From the NCBI GenBank assembly GCA_965287045.1, contig OZ336871.1, forward strand, positions 31,248,001 through 31,312,000: DNA of 64,000 nucleotides, read 5' to 3'. The position numbers were made by a program, and so were the translations under genes. Positions 24,129-37,101 of this stretch are shown here, piece by piece. The notes below the pieces were generated by a model. The model saw only the letters and a list, made by a program, of their open reading frames with translations. It was not told the origin of the DNA and ran no database searches. Within the stretch, counting starts at the first letter, position 1; the number at the start of each line of letters is the position of its first letter. Origin of the DNA: Carcharhinus amblyrhynchos (taxonomy: Eukaryota).

Positions 24129-24134
24129 TTTATT
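24129..24134 (-). terminator. Candidate polyadenylation signal
   Basis: Minus-strand AATAAA followed by a GU/U-rich element (ttgtgtatatttttgttt); a second AATAAA at 24086-24091. Confidence 0.6.
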
Positions 24135-25276
24135 TTCTTACAAACTTTGAACATTATTCAGCAATATGGCACAGTTATATGGAGAGTTTTCTATATATAT
24201 GTATATACACAGATATAAAGTGCATGGATTTACAATATTGTTCTTATTTTATGACAATGAGAACAGGCATCATGAGACAGTTAATGACGAGGACTGCGAG
24301 AGCAGTTGTAAAAGCGGCATTTCCATTACTCAAGTGAAGCTGACTGCAGCCCAGGAGCTGTCAATTCTCCATGACTGTCTCTTTTGAAATTGATGGGTAA
24401 TATTCAGGACACTTATTGTGTCCGGGAGTGACAGTGAGGGGGGCGGTCATTGAAGCATTGAAAAAGTTGTGTGTGTTTATCCCCCCCAATTCTTTTCCCG
24501 CTATGTTTCTACTGAGTCCTGGAAAAATGGGCGAAGATGATGAGCAACCCATTAAGAGCAGGAAATGATGTGATGAAAACTGACCTCCAACCAGAGGTGG
24601 CAACTCTATTGCTGTTACATTGTGCTCAAGATGCTAGCTGCAGCCATCAGTAGTGTTCCCGCTGACCCTTCTCAGGTGAAGTCTATCCGTTTCAGCAGTG
24701 TATGCATGGGGGGGGGAAACAGGGCCACAGCATGTGCCCTTGTCAGAATGGCATGCAAGTTCTCGCTATGTGACTCTCTTACCTTAGGACTTAAATTAAG
24801 GATATTTAATAAATTATCAAAAGTATATAACAAGAGCTTCCTAAGGATCCCGAAAAAGATGTAGTAACCTCATTGCATCTTTAGACTACCAGGCTATGGA
24901 ACTGTTTCTCAAGTGTGTCTCATGATTCACAAAGTACTTAAGACAATTCAAACTTAAGACGTTTTTCCAGGCTACCCCCGACTCCCCCACTCCCACCCAC
25001 TGTGGTTTCCAGTGTGTGTGTGTGTATGTGTGGCAGGGAGGCGGGAAACGATGTTGGAAAATAGTAAAACAGAACAAAGTGCAATATATACTATGGTAGG
25101 GGGATAGGATGGGGGAGAAGGGGAAAAGAAAGTCCAGTATATGAAGCTTCCTATCCTGGACCAGCAACACCAAATATGTAGACACAGAAAAGCTTCTTGA
25201 AATCCGCACCAACGTTAAGAACTTTGACATTCATTCAGTCATAATTGAGGTAAACTTCCCAAGATTGTCATTCAAC

Positions 25277-25579
25277 TGGCACAGTGGCGCAGTGGTTAGC
25301 ACTGCTGCCTCACAGCGCCAGGGACCCAGGTTCAATTCTGGCCTTGTTCTCCCTGTGTTTGTGTGGGTTTCCTCCGGCTGCTCCAGTTTCCACCCACAGT
25401 CAAAGATGTGTGGATTAGATAGATTGGCCATGCTAAATTGCCCATAGTGTCAGGGGATTAGCGTGGTAAATACTTGGTGTTTTGGGTATGGGGATAGAGC
25501 CTGGGTAGGATTGTCACTGATGCAAATTCAATGGGCTGAATAACCTCCTTCTGCACTGTAGGGATTCTATAATTCTATG
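25277..25579 (+). mobile_element. HE1/V-SINE within the putative RNF144B 3' UTR (antisense)
   Basis: Consensus match. Confidence 0.88.
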
Positions 25580-26250
25580 CAGGACTGGTGCTTTTGCACA
25601 TAATCAGCACATAACACAGAGAGCTCGTAATAACAAAGTTAGTGTTTGGTGAGAAAAACAAAGTCTACAAGTACACGAACAGAACAACAACCATCATCCA
25701 AACATCAGAGTGTGGACCTCGTGGTAAAACCATACAGTTTCTCACATCCAAAGGGACAGATAGCTCTGAGTTCCAGCCTCAAATTGCCCCTTCCATGCGA
25801 GTCTCATTATGTTTGTAGCAGTTCATTGACCAGGGCAGGGAGGAAGTTGGGATTCAGAATATTATCCTGTCCCAAGGCGGCCAAACAAATCAATAGATCT
25901 GGGTGGGAGATAGGGGAAAGAGAGGAGGGGCAGGGTAGAACAACAGCTGAGAACGTCCAGTTATCCTCAGATTATTAAGAAATGTGGGCTGCAGCAGCTT
26001 GCAGTATAAAGACATTTGGGCAATGTCAAAACATGTCCACCAACTTCACTTTGGTGTGATGTGTTTCCTTCAGTCACTACAATGATATATCCACAATCTA
26101 AGCTACCCCAACACCCGTTCCCCCAACATAATCTACATTATGTGTGCTTCCGCAGCGCTGATCCAACAGGCACTTCACCTGAGAGAATGATCAGGCGAGT
26201 GGAGAAGTCTTGGCACCAGAAGGACACTGGACTGGGGGCTTTCCTCAGTT

Positions 26251-26391
26251 TTACGTAGACGGCGGGCCATGGTGTTTCCTCTTACTTCTCAGGGACTTGC
26301 AGGCACAGCAGACAATGCAAGGGGAGGCCAGGAGGAGAAGCGGAGATGTGACCAGTACAATAAGACCTAGACCAAAGAGGATCCCGACAAC
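26251..26391 (-). CDS. RNF144B: RNF144B coding exon 7 (transmembrane helix with GxxxG, stop)
   Basis: ttgcag|[46 protein letters not shown]; the seven exons sum to 921 nt. Confidence 0.96.
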   Translation of the reverse strand, partial: VVGILFGLGLIVLVTSPLLLLASPCIVCCACKSLRSKRKHHGPPST

Positions 26392-26743
26392 CTGCAAATG
26401 AGAGAAGGAAGAAAAGGCCTTAGATTTTCTATCAGGCACGGGATCAGTGACTCGAGCTGCTCAGACACCAAGACTCAGATTCAAACCCCAAGTGCTTTCT
26501 TCTTCAAATGATAAAATACATCAGCACAAGGAACTTCCAAATAAAGAATATTTTAGTATAAGAACCAGAGCTTATCTTCCAATGCAGGAGGATTGTGAGC
26601 CCAATTGTCATCTTCCCCATTTTTTGTTTTTTCCAAAAAAAACATTTAAACATCCAAATTGAATCTTGAAGTTTGCACCAGAAAGGAACCACCATTAATT
26701 TTTGTAGCGCATATGTGGCTTTGATTTGTATATTTCTAATCAT

Positions 26744-27089
26744 AGCACGGTGATACACTGGTTAACATTGCTGTTCCTCAGTGCCAGGGACCCAAGTCCG
26801 ATTCCAGCCTCGGGTCAGCGTGTGGAGACTGCACGTTCTCCCCGTGTCCGTGTGGGTTTCCTCCAGATGCTCTGGTTTCCTCCCACACTCCAAAGATGTG
26901 CAGGTTCGGTGGATTGGCCATGCTAAATTGTTCCTTAGCATCCCAAGAGGTGTAGGTTAGGGGGATTAACAGGGAAAATCGAGGGGGGGGGGGGGGCAGG
27001 GTTTACAAGGAAAGGGCCTGGGTGGGATTGTAGTCGATACAGACTTAATGGGCCGAATGGCCTTCTTCTGCACTGTAGGGATTCTATGA
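26744..27089 (+). mobile_element. HE1/V-SINE (intron 6)
   Basis: Consensus match, internal G-run. Confidence 0.88.
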
Positions 27090-27379
27090 CAATCACTTGT
27101 AGCACCATCATATTTCATGTTAACTATAATTTCTCTCATTAATGCACAAACACACCAACACGTGTCAGTACCCTGTGGTGCTGCTCATACGGGGTCAAGG
27201 ACTAAGTTCATCTCCAGATGGAGGAGGAGATAGTTCGAGCTGTATAGCCCCAATTCAATCTGCACTAGTTACCAGATATCCTTCAGAGTACTTCACACCT
27301 GCACTTCTAGACCATTATCTCCACATAACACATCAATGCAGAATTTAAGTGGTTCCACTTTCTCCATTGGGCCACTCAC

Positions 27380-27469
27380 CTGGGTTCTGTTCCATATAAC
27401 GGAGGCCCTGGAGTGGCCAAGTTTATTGCGGCATGGACCTTTGTCATAATGTCTCAAGAAAATGTCATT
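27380..27469 (-). CDS. RNF144B: RNF144B coding exon 6
   Basis: tttcag|[30 protein letters not shown]|gtgagt; 90 nt. Confidence 0.97.
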
Positions 27470-28776
27470 CTGAAAGATACAAATTGTCTGCATCTGAATA
27501 AACTACATTGAATTGCCACATTCTACCTAGTGTCATCAACAATGTGTTCATTCAATATCAATTTGTCATCAATAATACTGTATCTGAAGATTTGTATGTG
27601 GTTTTGTTTGCTGTGTTACAGAGATTAATTCAAATGACATTAATTCAAATAACATGTTTGAAGCACAGCACAGAATTACATCTACTACTGCCTCTGCAGC
27701 AACAACTTGATTTTGCATAGCGTCTTTAACATCAAAAATCTCCCAAAGTTTCACGACAGTTTTAATAAAAAGAAAGGATCTCAAAGAACAAAATGGAGAT
27801 ACAAGGAAGAGCGGCCAGAAGTTAAATAAAGTTTTGAGGTGGGGAGGAGAAACAGAGAGGAGGAAAGGGTAACAGTGGGGTAGAGGGGTTTCTATAACAT
27901 GATACAGATGCTGCATCTATACCATGGTATAGATGTTCTCCCAAGACTAACGAAAACTAGAGACAGATTTGATTGAGATCACATTACAAAAAAAGAGGCC
28001 ATTCGGCTCAGTGAGCCTGCACCAACAATAATCCCATCCAAGCCCTATCCCCGTAACTCCACATTTTTACCCTGCTAATCCCCTAACACTAAGGTCAATT
28101 TAGCATGGCCAACCAACCTAACCTGCACATTTTTGGAGTGTACGAGGAAACTGGAACACCCAGAGGAAACCCACGCAGACACAGGGAGAATGTGCAAAAT
28201 TATGAAGGACTTTGAGTAAATATGCAAAAACTAACAGGAAAGGTATCATCAAAGGAGACAGATTAAAAAAGAAATCTAGCCAGCGAGGCAACTGTGCAAA
28301 CTGACCCCACAATCTGCTGAGTAACCTAGAAAGGGTTTATCATGTTGCGGAAATGAATTTCTTTTGCCTTTCATTGGGGTGGAATTTTCCACATCCCCTA
28401 CACGCAGTGTTTTGTGGCAATGGTCAGCAACAGGATCTTCTGATTGCACCATTTCCCCATTATTCATACCCTCTGCCCACCGGAGACCTGCAGCATAGGG
28501 TTCACCCGCTGGCAGGAAGAGTTGGAAAATCCTCTCCATGGAGTCCACGAATAATGAACAGTTAGCAAATGAACTATGTCTCATGAGGAGCAGATTACAG
28601 TTCATAACATGGTTCACGACAGGTTAAGTGGTCTCCATCCGTGCAGTTCAATTTTATACTAGACAACTGAAGGCACAACCTCCAATTGGGGGCGGGGGGC
28701 AGGCAAATGCATATTAGACCAATCCCTTTAAAAGTGAACACTTCTGCCTAGACCGTAACTTTCCAACAAATTAGAA

Positions 28777-29048
28777 GCAGCACACTGGTCAGCACTGCTA
28801 TCTCGCAGCGCCAGGGACCCGAGTTCAATTCCTGACTTGGGTCACTGTCTGTGCTGAGTCTGCACTGTCTTCCCATGTCTGTGTGGATTTCCTCCAGCTG
28901 TTCTGGTTTTATCCCACAGTCTGAAAGATGTGCTAGTTAGGTGAATTGGCCATGCCAACACCAAACAGGTGTTGGAACGTGGTGACCAGGGGATTTTCAC
29001 AGTAACTCCATTGCAGTGTTGATACAAGCCTACTTGTAACATAAATAA
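28777..29048 (+). mobile_element. V-SINE, alternative tail (intron 5)
   Basis: Consensus match. Confidence 0.85.
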
Positions 29049-29111
29049 AACAGAAAAATGAAATAAGAATACGAATTGAGTGACTAACAGCTTCTTGAGG
29101 AAGACACTTAC

Positions 29112-29256
29112 ATCCAGATTATGAAGACAGTACCAGCAAAAGGTGTGCTTGCAGTTTTTACACATCATTTGGGCACAACCTTCATTTCGTTCTATGAAGA
29201 TATGACACACCGGACACTGTTTAATGGGAGCATCTGTGTCCTGGCTGGTGGAAACC
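29112..29256 (-). CDS. RNF144B: RNF144B coding exon 5 (RING2/Rcat with catalytic Cys in GCAQM)
   Basis: gatag|[49 protein letters not shown]|gtaagt; 145 nt. Confidence 0.97.
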
Positions 29257-29901
29257 CTATCAGAAAAAGAAGCAAAAGACAAAGATGATGTGTTAGAATA
29301 TATTAAAAAGTAACTTTAATCTTATAACTTGGGAAGAATAAACAGACTAAGGCCAATCTCTAAACAATCCTAATGTATACTAGAGCTTATCACAATTACT
29401 ATACAATATAATCAGATGATTTCATAATTAACACTCAGGATATAAACAAATTTGTTGCCATTGGGAAAAAAACACTGAATATTGTCTAATTTTGGAATTT
29501 TCAAATGCACAAAATCAAAAGCTATTGACTATAGTCTGATCCACATCAAATGATTAATTGTTAATTGGTCTAAGGACTCCATGGCCTGGATTGGAGCTTC
29601 CAAAATGATTTTCCAGCTCTTCCTGCTGGCAGGATCTTCCAGACCTTCCAGCCCATCCCCCAGTGGCAAGGTAGGTGAGTCACGCATATTGTCATAGACA
29701 TCGATGGGACCAGAAGATCCTACCAGCGGCCAATGGCAAGCTGTCTCCACTGCCAGAAAACACAGTGCAGAATGATTGGAATGTTCCACCCAGAGGCTCT
29801 TGAAGGGGAAATAAGGTTAATCAAACTGTCATCATCTGAAGGTTATTAAATCCCCTGCACTTTAAGCTTTAAAAACCCTGGCTGCAGTGTTAAGGTGGCC
29901 T

Positions 29902-30190
29902 GGTGGCACAATGATTAGCACTGCTACCTCACAGTGCCAGGGATCCAGGTTTGATTCCCGACTTGGGTCACTGTCTGTGGAGTCTGCATGTTCTCCCCAT
30001 GTCTGCATGGGTTTCCTCCAGGTGCTCCAGTTTCCTCCCACAGTCCAAAAAAGGTGCTGGTTAGGTATACTGGCCATGCTGAATTCTCCCATCTACCCAA
30101 ACAGATGCCGAAGTGTGGCAACTAGGAGATTTTCACAGTATCTTCATTGCAGTGTCAATAGAAGCATACTTGTGTGACACTGATAAATAA
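29902..30190 (+). mobile_element. V-SINE, alternative tail
   Basis: Consensus match. Confidence 0.88.
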
Positions 30191-30752
30191 GCTTTAAACT
30201 CAATAAGAGTTTTAAAATAATCTAGACAAGGTGAAGCATCTGTCCGAGCAGTTTAAAAAGTGGTTTATTGGCACTGGATGCCACTGACAGAAATGTTCTT
30301 AATAGTACTTTTTGGGAAGGGCAATGGGCCTTAAATGCTACAATGCAACTGTGACAAAGTCCCAGAGAACAAAGGGCCTTTTAACCAGCCCGTGGCTCTC
30401 AGTCACACCCAGGGCTGCCTATTCCATTCCCAAGAAGAAACCAACCCAGATCTGCTTTTTAAGGAGTGATAAATGCTGCGCACAATTCTGTGAACAAGCA
30501 AATTGATCAAAAGCAAATTTATCATAACAACCGACTCTTCAGAAAACAACTTAAATAATCAGAGCATAACATTTGCTCTTCGTATCCAGGTATCATCTGA
30601 AATCATGACAATAGGGTTCAGGTGTAGGCATGTGAGATATCGACTACATCTCAACGTCACCTCTCTCAACCCCTCCACTCTCCCTAAACAGTTAAATTAC
30701 TTGTCCGACTTCCAGTACTTGACAGGTAGATGTTTCCTCCAACTAAATACAG

Positions 30753-31044
30753 GAATCATAGCATCCCTACTGTACAGAAGGAGGCAATTCAGCCCATCAA
30801 GTCCGTACTGACCATAATCCCACCCAGGCCCTATTCCCGTAACCCTCATTACCCAACTAATCCACCTGACACTATTGTCAATTTAGCCACAAATCTTTGT
30901 ATTATGGGAGGAAACCTGAGCACCCAGAGGAAACCCACACAGACACAGGGAGAATGTGCAAACTCCATACAGACAGTGACCCATGGCTGGAATTGAACCT
31001 GGGTTCCTGGCACTGTGAGGCAGCAGTGCTTACCACGTCACCAC
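30753..31044 (-). mobile_element. HE1/V-SINE
   Basis: Consensus match. Confidence 0.85.
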
Positions 31045-31084
31045 AGTATTCATTTCTGCTATAAACTCCACTCACCAGTTAACA

Positions 31085-32055
31085 ACTCCATCCCTCTCCC
31101 TGACAGCTGAGAGACTGAGTTGGGCCGTGCTCAATCTTATCTTGGTATTTGACTTGAAGATCATCACACTTCAACATCAAAACCACATACTTCCATTTTT
31201 GTAGTGTCACCCTTCTCCATCCCATCTCAATTCATCTGCTGCTGAAACCTTCAGCCATGGCTTTGTTACCACTAGACCTGACCATCTGCAATGCACTTTT
31301 AACCAGCCTCCTATCTTCAGCCCAAAACTATTCATTGACATACATAGGCTCCTGGACATCAATATTCTGATTTTAAAATTCTCGTCCTGGTTTTCAAATC
31401 CTTCCATGGTCTCAGTCTTAATCATCTCTGTAACCTCCTCTGCCTTATAACTATACTGACACTCATCCAATTCAGAACACTTGCATATTCCCAATTTTAA
31501 TCACTCCACCATTGCAGGTCATGCTTTCAGTTGCCTTGCTCTTAAACTCTGGTATTCCCTCTTTCAACCTCAACCCCTCTCTTTGTTTCTCTCCATCTTC
31601 ACAAAGTTCTTTAAAAACTGCCTCTTTGATTGTCTTCCCTAATATCTCCTTTATGGTGGTTGTTCATGCTAAGTTTTGTTTGATAACACTCAGCATGGTG
31701 GCACAGTGGTTAGCACTGCTGCCTTACAGTGCCAGGGACCTGGGTTCAATTCCAGCCTCAGGTCACTGTCTATGTGGAGTTTGCACATTCTCCCCATGTC
31801 TGCATGGGTTTCCACCCAATCTGAAAGATGTGCGGGTTAGGTTGATTGGCCAAGCTAAATTGACTCTAGTATCGGGAGGATTCGCTGGATAAATACATAG
31901 GGTTACTTGAATAGAGCCTGGTGGGATTGTGGTCTCCGCAGACTCAATGGGCCAAATGGCCTCCTTCTGTATTGTCAGGATTCTATCACACTCTGATGTG
32001 CCTTGGGATGTTCCGCTACAAAAAAGGTGCTATATAAATGCAAGTTGCTGTTGTA
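31085..32055 (+). mobile_element. L2-type LINE 3' fragment split by a SINE; minus-strand relatives at about 56600-57180 and 60295-60780
   Basis: Decayed AAETFSHGFVTTRPD and ILILVFKSFHGL segments; tail ggtgctatataaatgcaagttgctgttg. Confidence 0.6.
31691..31985 (+). mobile_element. HE1/V-SINE
   Basis: Consensus match. Confidence 0.88.
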
Positions 32056-32129
32056 GTTTTTACTCAAATATATTCAATACAGTAACAAAGATTATTTGAC
32101 TGCTACCCGTGACGATACTCAAGCCCCTA

Positions 32130-32460
32130 ACTCACAATCTAGATAGACTCTTCAATGCAGCATTAAGAGATATTTTAGGTGCTGTCCTTGGGAGGGGACA
32201 TTAACTCATGGCTCCCCTGTCCCCTGATACATGTAAAAGCCCCCATGGCACTATCTGAAAGACAGTCATGTTTGAATATTTATCTCACAGTCAATATTAC
32301 TGAAAACAGATGACCTGATCATTATCACACTATTCGTTACGTGACATTGCTGTGTGCAAACTGGCTGCTATGTTTTGCATATTACAACAGTGACTCTCTT
32401 CGAAAATACTGTAAAATGGGACATCCTGAAAGGTATTAGATAAATTCTGGTCTTTCTTTG
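32130..32460 (+). mobile_element. Old DeuSINE (SacSINE/AmnSINE-like) body
   Basis: cccatggcactat..gaa, ctgatcattatcacact, ttgctgtgtgcaaactggctgc, attacaacagtgact; related tail at 1-58. Confidence 0.55.
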
Positions 32461-33822
32461 GTTTAGGTTAGTTTCTTGCACTCACGTAAACAGCAATTCA
32501 AAAGGTCCCACCCTGCAGCCCCTAGCCCACCTTGCCCTTCAGGAGATACCCGCTCCAGCCCCCTTTAGCAATGTTTCCCCACCTCCCCCTTTTAACAGCA
32601 GCCCTGGTGCTACCCCCCACTTTAAAGGGGCCTTCCCCTTCAGGCTCCCCCCTCCTTGGCACTACCAACCTGGGACCCTACCCGTGCACCAGGGAGGAGT
32701 GCCAGGGCACTACTCAGTCATGTCCCTGACCATCCGGGGGTTTCAATGGCCTCCTCAAGCCCCTGGTGGCCATCATGACTGGTTTCCATTTGTGGAGACC
32801 AGTAGTGATTCATTTCAGGTTGCCGCTGCACCAGAGGATCAAGAGAATTGCAGTGGCTGGGAGAATCCGGCTAACTGGCCCAATTATTTAAATAAGATAA
32901 TCTGGTTCTTGTCCTCACTGGGCGTAAACCAGATTATGTCGGGACGCGGGGGCTGGGAGAATCCCAAATCCATCTAGATTCTGACTTAGGAGCTTGAGTA
33001 TCGTCACGGGTAGTAGTCAATACAGAATACAATTCAACACACTATCGCAGGTGCAACCACGCTGTGGCCCCTCCCCCATGATCCTTAAGCCCTGGCATGG
33101 TTTGTGCTTCAGCGCATGGGGTTGGAGGAGCAAGACCTATATTGCAATAGTTTGAGGGATCTTGCCATGAAGACAAAAGGTCCACTCCTCTCTCCTGTAT
33201 GATGATAGTGACCATGCTTCAGGAAGGAATAAAGGGACATGGAGAATCAACACCCACACGAACTGGACAATTTCTATTTAGTCCTTCACATTTGAAGCAC
33301 TTTGAGATGTTCTTCCTCCATCTCTTCTGAAAATGTTACATTTAGTTCTGATGATTTAAGTACTTTTGTCGGCTAATTCAGCACTCAGTGTAGTTATCTA
33401 CTTGACTTTTGTACTCCAATAACTATGTTTTAAAAAATCCCACATTAGAAACCCAAAATCATAGGGTGTAACACCATAACAAAACACTGTTATTCCCACT
33501 TTGTATCTCACTGTAGGCACTTCCCCCCCCCCCTTTTGTATTTATAATTAAATGATATAATTCACACAAAAGACAACATTTTCCGGTCTTTCCTGCTAGC
33601 AGGATGTTCCTGTCCCACCAAGGACAACCCTCCGTGCGTGTGGCCTGGCAGCGGAGGGTGTGGGGCATGCAAAAAAAAAACCCATAAAGATCAGCAGGAC
33701 TCGCCTGCAAATGGGGACCACCTCCACCACCAGAAAACATGCATCAGGGCTGGGGATCCCACCCAAAGTGTTGCTTATTCTGAGAATCAGAAGGATACTG
33801 TTTCCTGCTTCATAATTCTTAC

Positions 33823-34033
33823 CCAGGATCATCCACTTTCGAGGACATGAAGGGTTGGCTCTCTTGACACACTTGCCCTGGATGCCAGCTGGCCTTACAA
33901 AGGGAACAAAACTGGATGTGGCAGGAGGGGCATTGTACTGGTGCAGCCTGATGAGAATCAGCCGCGTCAATCTGGCACACAGCCTGACACTGAACCCTGG
34001 GACACCACGTCCTGGAAGGATCCAGATGGACTT
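33823..34033 (-). CDS. RNF144B: RNF144B coding exon 4 (IBR domain)
   Basis: ttttag|(E)VHLDPSRTWCPRVQCQAVC...CPSCHIQFCSLCKASWHPGQVC...DDP+GG|gtaaga; 211 nt. Confidence 0.96.
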
Positions 34034-35554
34034 CTAAAAACAAAACAAAGAGACTTTAAGCAAATTCTCAATACCAATGATTAATTGAGCTCAAACTATA
34101 TTCAATCCTAACCTTTAGATATTAGAAAAATTAGATTTTATCAGCAGTTGCATTAGTTTTTCCTCCCTCACCCAGGTAATGAATCGTTGTGTGATTTTTA
34201 GTTTTCATGTCTTAGACATGAGTATTAAAAATCAACCCAAGTGAAGCAATTGTAAAATGTTTGGTCTTAAACTAACTGCTGTGCATTTTATTGGTAGGAT
34301 AAGCACCATTAGCATCTCTTACTTTTCCCCTTGTTTTTGTATCTAACTCATCTTTCATTCCCTCACCCTGCAGTTTAAATATCTCCCTTTTTCTGTGCCT
34401 TTTAGCTTTGACAAAGGGTTATCTGGACTCGAAATGTCTGCTCTTTTCTCTCCTTACAGATGCTGCCAGACCTGCTGAGATTTTCCAGCATTTTCTCTTT
34501 TGGTTTCACATTCCAACATATCCAGTAATTTGCTCTTATCCAGCGTTTCCGGAATTATTTTTATTTGTGTGTAATCGCCACGCAGGCTGTGACCCAAGCC
34601 GGGAATCAAACCCAGGTCCCTGTAACAGGACTTCCCTAGATTTTCCATTTTTTGGAAAGGTATGGCAATTTGAGGGCAGTGAATAGGTGGAAAACGGCAA
34701 TGGAAAATAACCCCAATCCTTAGGGAGGCATTCTACAACTGTGAAGGGAATACTTCAACTGGAAGAGGCAATTATCACAAAGAATGAAGTGCTTTATGCA
34801 ATGATCAGAATCTGCTGAAGGGGACATGTGAAGGAGGATAATGAACTAGCTACACGGTTGGTTAATATGAGTTTTTTTCCAATCATGATACATGTGAGTG
34901 TCATCTATCTAGAAAGGGTTAAAGGGAAAGTGTGATGCCTACAGGAAATAAATTCCAATGCAAGACTTCATCTATATTTATGAGGGCTCCTTCCCTGGTC
35001 ATTTTGAGCCTTTGTTTTTTTGTACATATCAGCAGATAACAGTAAAAACCAGTGTGCTCCACATCATCAGTATTTGATAATGCCCACACTGATGGAATAA
35101 CAATTGGAATGGAAACTTTGCACTTTATGGGGGTCACAGGCAACAACTGATTTGAGGAAAGTAACACGAGAAATTTTTAATCCATTGAAAAGGAGAACCG
35201 CTTCAGCCTCTGTGAAACAACTTAGAGAGAGAACTATGCCAACTAACATCGAGTGGATTCTGTTCCACTAGTAATATATCTCAGATGTCTCAGCAGTATT
35301 TGATGGAGGATGTATAGTTTAAGAAAAATTGCCCAGAGGAGTTAGAGAGAAATGGTCGCTATTTACCAACTGTCAGAAAAACTCATGAAATTGACAAGGT
35401 ACATTATCTAGCAGATTGCTGCAACAAAGAGGACAATTATATTCAAATGAAGCTTATTACTTCTCCATTTCCAAACACAGACCCCTTCCAGCATCCACTA
35501 TACCACTTTTATTTGCCCTCCACTGAAGGCAGTGACCAAGTCAATTGGAAGTAC

Positions 35555-35770
35555 CACCCTCATTTGGACTATCAAAAGCATTGAATCAACCCCTTCCTCA
35601 CTAGTCTACTGAAAGCAGTGAACAATCCCTCCCTCACTGGATTTTAGAAAGCCCTGAACCACACGCCCTCCCCCCCGCCAACCTCGTACCCCACTGGACT
35701 ATTGAAAGCCCTGACCCACATTCCAAAAATGGTTGGATTACTGAAAGTATGGACCACCTTCACTGGACAT
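35555..35770 (+). repeat. Degenerate tandem repeat, unit about 35-40 bp
   Basis: Recurrent cctcactggacta(c/t)tgaaagc..tga motif, about 5 copies. Confidence 0.6.
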
Positions 35771-36185
35771 AGTTTTTTGGGCTCTGGTGTGATGCTGAAT
35801 TAACCACTATTCGAGTGCAAGAATTGACAGTACACACCAGCAGGTTTTTGGTTGCAAAGTATCACCAGTGAACCCAATCTGTCTCCAATCGATAATCTCA
35901 TGCAAACTTCCAGCAACAGTTGCTGGATATTAATCAGGAACAGGAATCTAGCTGGTTTTCTGCCTTTATAATGCAATGACACTGAGGCCAATGCAGCACT
36001 CACACTGTCATTTCAGATGAACTTAGTGCTGTCCCAGAGCCAAAGGTGATCATTTCCTCAGCTGTCAGCCCATCTGCTCCTTAGCATCAAATATTTTGGC
36101 TGTAAAAGAAACTCGGCTGCTCAGTGAGATGGTCATTAGGTTTTTCACTTAGTAGTTATGTAATATAATCATTACAGGGCAGCAT

Positions 36186-36701
36186 TTGGCCCTGGAGGGA
36201 GTGCAGAGGAGGTTTACTAGGCTGATACCGGAGTTGAGGGGATTGAGCTATGAGGAGAGGCTGAATAAACTAGGCTTGTACTCGTTAGAGTTTAGAAGAA
36301 TGAGGGGAGATCTCATTGAGACGTATAAGATGATGAATGGGATGGATAGGATAGAGGTGGAGAGACTCTTCCCGCTCAAAAAAGACAGTAGGACTAGGGG
36401 GTACAGCCTCAAGATAAAGGGGAGGCGGTTTAGAACGGAGTTGAGGAGGAACTTCTTCACTCAAAGGGTGGTGAATCTCTGGAATTCTCTGCCCGTTGAA
36501 GTGGTGGAGGCTGCCTCGCTAAATATTTTTAAGAAGCGGGTTGATGGGTTCTTGATAAGAGAGGGGATTAAGGGTTATGGGGAGAGGGCGGGAAAGTGGA
36601 ACTGAGCCACGACAGATCAGCCATGATCTTATTGAATGGCGGGGCAGGCTCGAAGGGCTAGATGGCCTACTCCTGCTCCTATTTCTTATGTTCTTATGTT
36701 C
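36186..36701 (+). mobile_element. Young 5'-truncated CR1 LINE, same subfamily as 21211-22105, inserted in a SINE head
   Basis: ALEGVQRRFTRLIPELRGLSYEERL...GKWN*, same 3' UTR; flanked by gggcagca and tggtggcacagtgg. Confidence 0.95.
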
Positions 36702-36702
36702 C

Positions 36703-36774
36703 TATGGTGGCACAGTGGTTAGCATTGCTGCCTCTCAGCGCCAGAGGCCCAGTTCAATTCCAGCCTCAGGTCAC

Positions 36775-36862
<88 letters not shown>

Positions 36863-37101
36863 TGTGGAGTTTACACATTCTTCCCACATCTGCGTGGGTT
36901 TCCTCCGGGTGCTCCGCTTTCCTACCACAGTCCAAAGATGCGCGGGTTAGGTTGATTGGCCATGCTAAATTGCCCCTTAGTGTCAGAGGATTAACAGGGT
37001 AAACATGAGGAGTTGTGGGAATAGGGTCTGGGTGGGATTGTGTTCAGTGCAAGCTCGATGTGCTGAATGGCCTTCTTTTACACTGTAGGGATTCTATGAT
37101 T
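36703..37101 (+). mobile_element. HE1/V-SINE containing an expanded microsatellite
   Basis: Consensus match on both sides of (TG)n. Confidence 0.9.
36779..36860. repeat. (TG)41 microsatellite
   Basis: Uninterrupted TG run. Confidence 0.98.

Larger units (their letters stand above)
24110..26250 (-). other. RNF144B: Probable RNF144B 3' UTR
   Basis: Mostly non-repetitive sequence between the stop codon and an AATAAA signal; contains one antisense SINE. Confidence 0.6.

Noticed and set aside
36577-37002. Poly(VC) ORFs
   Set aside because: Translation of the (TG)41 microsatellite
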